Positions 54,616 through 64,000 of a stretch of DNA of 64,000 nt are shown here, piece after piece. The translations under genes and the position numbers were made by a program. The stretch covers positions 30,070,001 to 30,134,000 of the forward strand of contig OZ024746.1 of NCBI GenBank assembly GCA_964016885.1, written 5' to 3'. The notes beneath the pieces were generated by a model. The model worked only from the letters and a program-made list of their open reading frames with translations, was not told the origin of the DNA and searched no databases. The stretch comes from Eledone cirrhosa. Lineage: Eukaryota. Within the stretch, counting starts at the first letter, position 1, and each line of letters starts with the position of its first letter.

Positions 54616-57600
54616 CTAATCCGGGAAAAAAAAAAAAAAAAAATTATTTTGGGATTTTGTGAAGAAAATAAATTTGTTGAAGCACAAGTGAAGCCATTTT
54701 TTCTTCCCCCCTGTCTTAATATACCTAACTGTACCAAGGATTACACACATTTTCCAATATATATATGACAAACACAGATACAAGAGCAATTAGTCATATT
54801 CCGTTCACACTTTCGATGAAAGAGTGAGAAAAAGTTCGACATATTGGAAATTAGACCTGTTGGAGAGTACAGTAGTTTAGAGATAAGAAAATAGAAAATA
54901 GAAAAATGAAGTCTGAATGTGCCTGTATTGTTTTTGTGTGTATCAGCGTATAAATTGATGGATTGGTTTATACATTATTACTATTAATGGCGACTGACTT
55001 TGAGGACGTGAGCTCCAGAAGGTTTGTTGTTTTAAGTTGCTTTAGTATGATTTGTTGAAATATGTCTGTTACAAACTTTTCATAGGGCGCCAGAAAAGGT
55101 GACCCCATAATATTCGAGCTTTTGACTCAAATATTTTAACTCCATTTTCACTCCTACAAGTGATGTGACAGCGACTTACATTGACAATAACGTCACCACG
55201 TCCACTACCACTGACATCAAAATCAGTAAAAACTGCACACAACAACAGCATCAGCAACGATAATAGTAAAACTAACAAAATCAGCTACTAAAAAATTCGC
55301 ACAGAGAAAAATGTATGAAAATGAATATCCTGCATTACTGGAATCCAGCACCACCAGCACCCACTCCATCAGGCCCAGAGCATCAAAGTAAAGAACAAAC
55401 ATAATAAAAAACAGCAACAACTCTAATCCCCACCACCACCATAAAAAACCACCAACTCCACATCAACAAAGGATTCCGACACAAATAAGACTATGAACAG
55501 CAATGGAAGAAGCAGTAACAACAACAGTAACTATAATAGTAACATTAACAATAAGAGTAGCAGCAACAAAATAAATGCAGACCTTTCAGTCGTGTATACC
55601 GACCTGACAACAATGTAGAATGTGACCCTTCCCAATACAGCACTGTAACATACCTCAAAACAGCCATTTCCTTCGCAGGGGCAAGGACAATGACATTTTT
55701 TTCCTAAGTTTGTTTCAAGTGTTTTCAACTAATCTGACATTCGACGAGCTCTCAGTCCACTTTTTTTCCGTAAAAAAAGAAACTAGAAAAAAAATGTTTT
55801 TCTTCTCATCGGGTGTTTTTCTGTGATTTTAAACGGCGGAGGGGAGGGGGTTATCTGTAACTTCTACAGTTCCCCTCCCTCTTACCCTTCGTTTTCTGAA
55901 GAAGGAGTGGTTTCCGGGTGAGTCGGATATCAGATCCCTTGAAAACAAAAACAAAAAAAATCCCATCGAAGAAAACTCCAGGTCTGCAAAAATCCGAGGG
56001 CCCCTACTCCCTCCACATTCCATTTCGGGAAAAAAAAAGTTGGTTGCAAGCATGTCAGAGATCAGATTATTTGACAACACACGGAAAAGGCTAGAAAAGA
56101 ATTTTCTTAGTGAACCCCAGCGTGTGATTTTCTATGAATTTACCAAAGAAACTAAGTGTCGAAACTGACGAAGTTCCATTTGAATGATCGGTATGCAAAT
56201 CCTGCAAGTGTTGACTTTGCTGTATATTTTTCTTGAATCAATAAACCGTCTATCAATATAGAACTTGAGTCGAATCATATGAGTACATTTCTCTCATTCA
56301 AATCAGTTGTGGTCTTGTGAGAATGCTAAAAATCGATATTGATATTTTGGGGTCAGGATATGAAATAATTTCCAATTCAAATTGGTAAACGTTAAATATT
56401 ATCTGTACTTTTGAAACATTAATATAAATTTTCAAAAAAATGAAGCAATTTAGATTATCACGAAATATATTGCTTAAAATTGTAAATTTTATTGATATTT
56501 TTCAACGTGGTGATAATACTGCCAAAGCAGAAATTGTACAATTTGTAATGATACATTAGGTAAAATATCTAACAATATAATACACCTCGTAAAATACCAT
56601 ACAACATAAAATGAGATCGTAAAATATCTGGCAATATGGCGGATGATAAAAAATTATCGTCTCATAAACGATGCTTCTTCAATTTGCTGAGTCAATCTTC
56701 TGCATATTTATCATGTAATTTGACCATCAGCCAACGGTCGTTATTTCAGCCAAGGATTAGTTTGAATGGTCAAAATGATTCCCATAACTCGTAAAAGAGG
56801 CACAGGTTTATAGTTAATATTTTACATATACGCAATCTTTCTTTTGCTAACTATCATTGCGTGACGTTTATGACTTACGCGAGTGGATTGATAAATAGAC
56901 TGAAGTGATTTCAATAGGATACATACAACGAGATAAATGTCTCCTCGAACCACTAGAAATGACAGCCAAATCACCGCCTAATCATAAGGACAGATTACAT
57001 ATGTTCTAAACGTGAGGCATCTAAGAGGATTGTAAATTATAGTTGCGATATTTAATGAAATTAATAAATTGCTCTACAAGGGAAAATGCCGAGAAAGATA
57101 TATTAACTCCTATATAAGGTTATTCTTGCCATATAATTTTACACATTCACACATTAATGTCTTCCCAAAACTGGAACAAAGCTTAAAAGAAATTGAACAC
57201 CGAAAGGAAGCCACTATATAATCATATTCCAGGAAAGCCCGGCTGAGTTAAGAAGATCAGTTTGCAATCATGACGTTCATAGTCTGATCCCATTACGTGA
57301 CATCTTGGGTAAATGTACTCACAATAACCTGGGAAAGATCGAAACCTTGTGATTGAAATTGACTAGAGGGAAACTGTATCGGAGCCCATTGGGTGGACTT
57401 AATTTGTAATACAAATGTTCAGCCATGCCAGGAAGTTTCGGTTTAGCAATTACGTTAAGGTCACATATGTCTGTGGAATACTGAACCATGTACAGTAATT
57501 TCAAGAACATATTGTTCAGTTGATCGAAAAACCGAAACAATCGTCGTCATGTCCGACGGAAGTTCATCTAGGGGGATGTCAAACCGAACCAATTTGAACT

Positions 57601-60184
57601 TAAATGGAATCTACTGTCTTCTGTTGTTGCTACGGCGACCTAGTTAAAGAACAGAAAAGGTCAACTAGAATGAAAATGAATTTAAAAACACTAACTATGA
57701 ATTGTATTCTAAATTCAATTTCAATATTATTTTATCGTAAAATATTAGATGAGATAATTACGTTTAAATCTATTTTCAGAAAACGGGGAAAAACAAAATA
57801 TATAATGGAAGATATAGTTTTTGTTTGTTTGTTGTTGTTGTTGTATACTACTCTACTAGCTAACTCATCAAAGTACCATTCTGGTTTTCTATCAAATACA
57901 GAAAGCAATTATAAAATTGAAATTATACCGTTTTCAATTCTTGTATCAATGTTCGCCAGACAAAATATAATAGGTATAATTATTTAAATCATATATGATT
58001 ACTGAAATTGGATATCATTATTTAATTATCTCAATTATCTCCTGTCTCCGATGTGCATTAAGAAAAAATTGAAAACCCATTTAAAACAGAAATTATGAAA
58101 TTTTCAATTCAAAGCTTCGTCCTGTATAAACTAATCATAGAAAATATATTGATATCATGTAAAGAAAAAGAAAAAACTCAAAAATCATTATTTAGTTGGA
58201 GAAGGTGTGTAGTTGATGGAGTATATATGTTAGTTCATTTTAACGTATTTAATGTAGAGAGCACCTGAAAATTAGACTATAACTATGTGATAAATGAAAA
58301 CAGGTGGCTCCAACGTCTTTACAATCCAATCATTCTCAAGTCCTGTTGACACTCCTACAAAACCCAGCCTTCAAAACCTCTCCGGAAAACCACTCACATC
58401 AGTCATCAATGTAATCTGAACTATTTTCTTTCAGTTTAAAGTCAGGGTGTTGTGGGCTGGAGTTAAGTAAGTATGAAGGTTTACCTAAATCAGTTTTCTT
58501 TAATTAATTGACTGCAGGTTGTCATACAAACAGAAAACAGATATTGCCCATTTAGCATTTTATTGAAGACTCATATTTATCATTGGCAGGAGGAAGGGAT
58601 TTCTCTGGAGAAGCACCCAATCTTCTTTACATCTGGATCTTCCCTAAGCTTAATTGAAGAGAAAAATAAAGTCTCTACCTTGAAGCAACGTCTTTTGTAC
58701 CAATTTTTGAAGGCCAGGCGAGGATGGGTGACTGGTTATTAAAATGATTGACACAATATCACGAGGTAATAATTTTAGTAATGCCTGTATACATTCTGAG
58801 TTCAAATCCTACCATAGTCTACGATGCATTTCGTTCCTCCAATTGGATCAATGAAGTCTGTCTGGACATTTATATAACTCCGCCAGAATGAGAGGGCTGC
58901 TACACTTTTGTTTGTGAGGAATCAATATAAACAAGATCTCATGGTGAATTGATTTGGGTACTCATCGAATTTATATAACTGGAAAGCCTTGTGCCGTCCA
59001 CCGTGGGGGCTTACCTCGAGATTTAATCATAGGGGTGCCGTTATGACATTTAAACTAGGTTGAAACAAAGTTCATTTCTTTCAGAAAGTGAGGTGGGTAA
59101 AATGTGAGATATAGAAGAATCATCTCTAGTATTAGACTTATCTTCTGTTTATGAAAGACAAATTTACGCCAGCAGTATTTAAACACAAACAAGGAAAGTC
59201 AGAATACATATCCTTATAAACCGACATTGATGAGGGCTTCGTTATACATTAATGAGTATTGGAATAGGAGTAGACATCGTAATTCATGTAGAAGTTGGAC
59301 AATAATTTTAGAAATCGTATTTCTATATATTTGGAAGGTAAATATCCAAATGGTTCAGATATTCAAATTACAAAATTAGGTGACGGGTTCGATACACTTG
59401 CCCTAATCATTTACCATAACCTCGAATTCACTGAAGGAGTAGTCAACATTGTCGTATGGAAATTGAACAATAATTGTAAATATCGTTGTATTATATAATT
59501 GGACCCAGCATCTGCGAATCATTAGGTTCTAGGTTCGGTATCAATACATTTGATCATGTTTACACATCATTTACAATAGCCTCGGGTCAGCTAATGCTTT
59601 ATGAAAGAAATTTGATTGACGAATACTGTTGAGAAGCGTGTCGGATATACTGTGACAGTACTTGACATGTACGTGAATTTCATTATCGAATACGTGTTTG
59701 AAGACTGGTCAAATGACAACAGAAAGATAGAGAAAGAAAGGGGAATAATTCGTTACCATACTTAGCTGGATGTCATTGTAGATGCTCCTTCGTTATTTCG
59801 AACTAGTCTTGTTCTTTATGTATGTAGTATTATTACTGCTATAGTTGTTCTTATTAATCAAGTTCCTACTCTACGTCAAGTTTTCAAGCTCCGATGCAAT
59901 CCGCAATATGTAGTTTAATAGACAATAGGTGACAGCATTGTTTACCACAACTCTCTATTATCTAATGCTAACTATTCAAATAAATTGGATCTTTTCATTA
60001 AATAAAAACGAAATACATTTGGTTTTGCACATACGTAGCAGACACTTGCATATATATATATGTGTGTCTGTGTGCGTGTGTGTGTGTGCGTGTGTGTGCG
60101 TGTGTGTGTGCATATATATACATAGATACACATATATTAGACGCATATAAACACATGTACACATTTATATATACATGTATATAT

Positions 60185-60237
<53 letters not shown>

Positions 60238-60239
<2 letters not shown>

Positions 60240-60431
60240 GGAACGAGTAGGACCCCGACGGCTGAGCTCAAGCCGTTTCGACGGCTAATTCTGGACTGAA
60301 TTAGCCGTCGAAACGGCTTGAGCTCAGCCGTCGGGGTCCTACTCGTTCCTATTACCCACTCTACTACCCTAAGTATTGAGTATTTCGGTGCGTTGTGGTC
60401 CACCTGGTTCCTTACCACATTTCCTTCGTTA
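60238..60431 (+). mobile_element. Family B fold-back element (best-preserved copy)
   Basis: Perfect 54-bp inverted repeat at 60238-60291 / 60298-60351 with a 6-bp spacer and an 80-bp tail, with (TA)n on both sides. Confidence 0.9.
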
Positions 60432-60502
60432 TATATATATATATATATATATAACGATATATATATATATAGAAACAGTTATATATATATATATATATAT
60501 AA

Positions 60503-60540
<38 letters not shown>

Positions 60541-60541
60541 C

Positions 60542-60725
60542 TGTTTCTATTTTAGGCACAAGGCCAGCAATTACCCAGTGCATTACTGGTACTTTATTTT
60601 ATCGACCCCGTAAGGATGAAAGGCAAAGTCAACCTCGGCGGGATTTGAACTCAGATCGTAAAGGGACGTAACTATGCTGGAAAGCATGGCGTCCGACTCT
60701 CTACCTATACTGCCAATCCACCACC
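60542..60725 (-). mobile_element. SINE family 1, near full length
   Basis: Reverse complement of 9846-10022. Confidence 0.9.
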
Positions 60726-60777
60726 CTATATATATAACGTTATATATATATATATAACGTTATATATATATATATAT

Positions 60778-60968
60778 GCTAGACACTACGGCTTAATACG
60801 GGATGTTTGTTTACAAACACACCGAGCATTATAATAAATGTTCGGTGAATCCATACGTGCATATATATATGTGTGCATGTATGTATATATATATATACAT
60901 ACTACTGTATATTTAAGTAACAGCCGTACTAAGAGTGGGAAATGAAATATCGTTTCATTTTTTTCCGT

Positions 60969-60971
<3 letters not shown>
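60778..60971 (+). mobile_element. Dispersed partial copy of the 445-bp HHR tandem unit (no HHR)
   Basis: gctagacact...caccgagcattataataaatgttcggtg...tactactgta..taagtaacagccgtactaagagtg..ttttttccgttta matches about 4575-4822 with an internal deletion. Confidence 0.85.
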
Positions 60972-61040
<69 letters not shown>

Positions 61041-61553
61041 ATATATACATGTATATATATGCATACATATGTATGTATATAAACATAGCAAATTATATGT
61101 AGACGTATACTTACATAATTATTCAACCCATATTCTTTCATACAGCTGCTTGTGTTTGTGTGTGTGTATGTTCATGTGTGTGTGTGTGTGCATATGCATG
61201 CATATGTGTGTGTGTGTGTGCACCTGAACATTTTCTGTTTTTGATATCCAGCTTCCATATCACTAGATAAGTAAAATGTTAAATTGTCATGTAGAAAGTT
61301 TGGTATAGTTTTTATGCCTTCGCATTATAAGTTAATTAATTAAGAGATATTTTTAATATTATATTTGCTCTATTTTAACATCTACAGGATAATGTATTTG
61401 TGACGTTGCTAATATAAAGAATGTCGTTATATAGGTTATTATGCTTTAAAATGTTTATTTTTGTAGATTATAACATATGTACATAATTACATGCAACACA
61501 CACACACACACACGTACGTACGTGCACATACACACACGCATATGTATGTATAT

Positions 61554-61591
<38 letters not shown>

Positions 61592-61630
61592 TTATATATA
61601 TATGTATGTATATATATATGTATGTATATA

Positions 61631-61671
<41 letters not shown>

Positions 61672-61702
61672 ATATGGCCATTCTCTTGTATGTATGTGTA
61701 TG

Positions 61703-61737
<35 letters not shown>

Positions 61738-61814
61738 GTATGTATATATGTATATATATGTATGTATATAAGGCCATTCTCTTGTATGTATGTATATATA
61801 TATATATGTGTGTG

Positions 61815-61894
<80 letters not shown>

Positions 61895-62039
61895 TATATC
61901 TTTTTGAACATTGGTGAACTTGAAATTGAAATCTGAAAATGTATTTGCCACACCACAAATAACGATAAGTAGTTGAATATATCGGGTATGGTAAATACAT
62001 TCAACTCATTTTTACAATTACCTTCATTGTGCTGACTAT

Positions 62040-62115
<76 letters not shown>

Positions 62116-62171
62116 AGAAATGTTAGCTATCGCCGTATTTTGACTAAAGAAATTATTTAGCCTAATTATGC

Positions 62172-62224
62172 CCAGAATTAGCCGTCGAAACGGCTTGAGC
62201 TCAGCCGTCGGGGTCCTACTCGTT

Positions 62225-62228
<4 letters not shown>
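62172..62228 (+). mobile_element. Family B short arm
   Basis: Same sequence as 16746-16802, ending in (TA)n. Confidence 0.85.
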
Positions 62229-62259
<31 letters not shown>

Positions 62260-62355
62260 TTAGGTTAATAGGAGTTAGGTATTGTATACCCGTGTCCCAT
62301 TAAGATTAAGGTATTGGCAGCATAATAATTAGCTCTATGCTTTGGAGCAGAGCCG

Positions 62356-62758
62356 TATATATGAAAAAGAACACAAGAGCGTCTACAACATCAACAGATT
62401 TTTATTGGCTTACAATGTTTCTTCCTTACGTAACCGTAGGATTCGTCAGAGCTATAAAAGGGGTTTGATTGGTGTTATGGACTCTACCAACCAAACATTC
62501 AAGAACAAAGAGTAAAGAGAGTAAAGAGCAAAAGTAGGGGACGATAAGTCTAATTTTGGTGCGCACCAAAATTAGACTTATCGTCCCCTACTTTTGCTCT
62601 TTACTCTCTTTACTCTTTGTTCTTGAATGTTTGGTTGGTAGAGTCCATAAAACCAATCAAACCCCTTTTATAGCTCTGACGAATCCTACGGTTACGTAAG
62701 GAAGAAACATTGTAAGCCAATAAAAATCTTTTGATGTTGTAGACGCTCTTGTGTTCTT

Positions 62759-62769
<11 letters not shown>
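62356..62769. repeat. Spacer-less palindrome of about 414 bp (axis 62562/62563), family F
   Basis: The centre reads ...aattttggtgc|gcaccaaaatt... and the arms match apart from about 2 substitutions. Confidence 0.95.
62666..62725 (+). ncRNA. Type-I hammerhead ribozyme (family F). A mirror copy lies at 62400-62459 (-)
   Basis: ttttatagct CTGACGA a-tcctacg gtta cgtaagga-a GAAA cattgta agccaataaaa, triplet GUA. Confidence 0.8.
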
Positions 62770-62824
<55 letters not shown>

Positions 62825-62865
62825 ATGATATTAATAAATAGAAACTATATTTATAAAACCATATT

Positions 62866-62922
62866 TATTCTATTATATTTGAAGGGTACCAAAACTTTGG
62901 TACGCCCTCATCAGATAAAATA
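62866..62922 (-). ncRNA. Decayed family E hammerhead
   Basis: Minus strand reads tattttat CTGATGA gggc-gtaccaa agtt ttggtac-cctt CAAA tata atagaata. G12 is mutated to C. Confidence 0.6.
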
Positions 62923-62978
62923 CAAACTTTGTTTTATAAATACCCAGGAATCAGACCTTACCGGTTCAAGTTCCGTTT

Positions 62979-63301
<323 letters not shown>

Positions 63302-63593
63302 AGTGTATAGGGGAAGGCTGATGAATCTATTGGAGTGTTATTTAACGTGATACATCTCTACATTAGTGATGTGGGATATGTACAGCTTCGTTTGTAATGG
63401 CTTAGCGAAAGACACGTAGTAGAATGTTAAGATTAAAAAACCGCTGTGAAAAGAACGATTCCTTTTAACAAAACAATGAAGTGACTTTCTTGGACACGTG
63501 TGGACAGCTATCATTATACACACACACATAAGAGCGTGAAACTAATAAACCTTTGTTTGGACTGCCTCTCTGCTTTGTTCCCGTTATATTTTT

Positions 63594-63643
<50 letters not shown>

Positions 63644-64000
63644 GTAGGAGGTGAGTTTTATTGTAGTACAATATCTTTCTCAGTTATAAAAGCTATCTCT
63701 CTCTCTCTCTATCACCCATCTCTCCTCCTATCTCATCCTTCCTCATTATACTCCTCCCTCTCCACTTTTTACTCTCATCTCCTCCTCTTTTTCATCCTTT
63801 CCACCCCCCACCCCCCTCAAAATAAATATTTTTCCCAATATCACACATCAATCTAAAACTATTTTTCATATGTTGATTTAAAACTGCACTATCCACAAGT
63901 GTTTTTTTTACCTTCATATCATGTCTTCCTGTTTTATCTGATGAAAACACAAATGTTATTGCATGATGATATTTGTTTTTGAAATGCGCATAATAAAATA

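Noticed and set aside
58435-58742. Host exons (acceptor tttctttcag, donor gtaagt, then an open frame of about 75 codons)
   Set aside because: The implied intron is only about 50 nt and the peptide is unrecognisable. It could be decayed repeat sequence and needs RNA-seq.

Overview
This is eukaryotic, AT-rich, microsatellite-saturated intergenic or intronic DNA. The repeat content ((TA)n, (CA)n, (GA)n and (TCTA)n tracts, tRNA-derived SINEs, Penelope-like and Tx1 retroelements) suggests a cephalopod, probably Octopus, but that is an inference. I found no convincing host protein-coding gene, and most short ORFs are microsatellite artefacts. The recognisable coding remnants are the C-terminus of a Penelope-like (PLE) GIY-YIG endonuclease (2-178), a 5'-truncated PLE with RT and GIY-YIG (about 2.7-3.9 kb), an L1/Tx1-type LINE plus a second 3' fragment inside (TCTA)n (25.9-31.2 kb), and a possible decayed hAT fragment. 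The most striking signal is non-coding. About 20 type-I hammerhead ribozyme (HHR) motifs, intact or decayed and from roughly ten unrelated sequence families, sit in short non-coding elements inserted in (TA)n tracts. One family forms a 445-bp tandem array resembling a retrozyme or pLTR. Many others share the layout (TA)n - inverted arm - direct arm with a tail - (TA)n, and some are near-perfect palindromes. All HHR folds and coordinates were read by eye and need confirmation by computation and cleavage assays.
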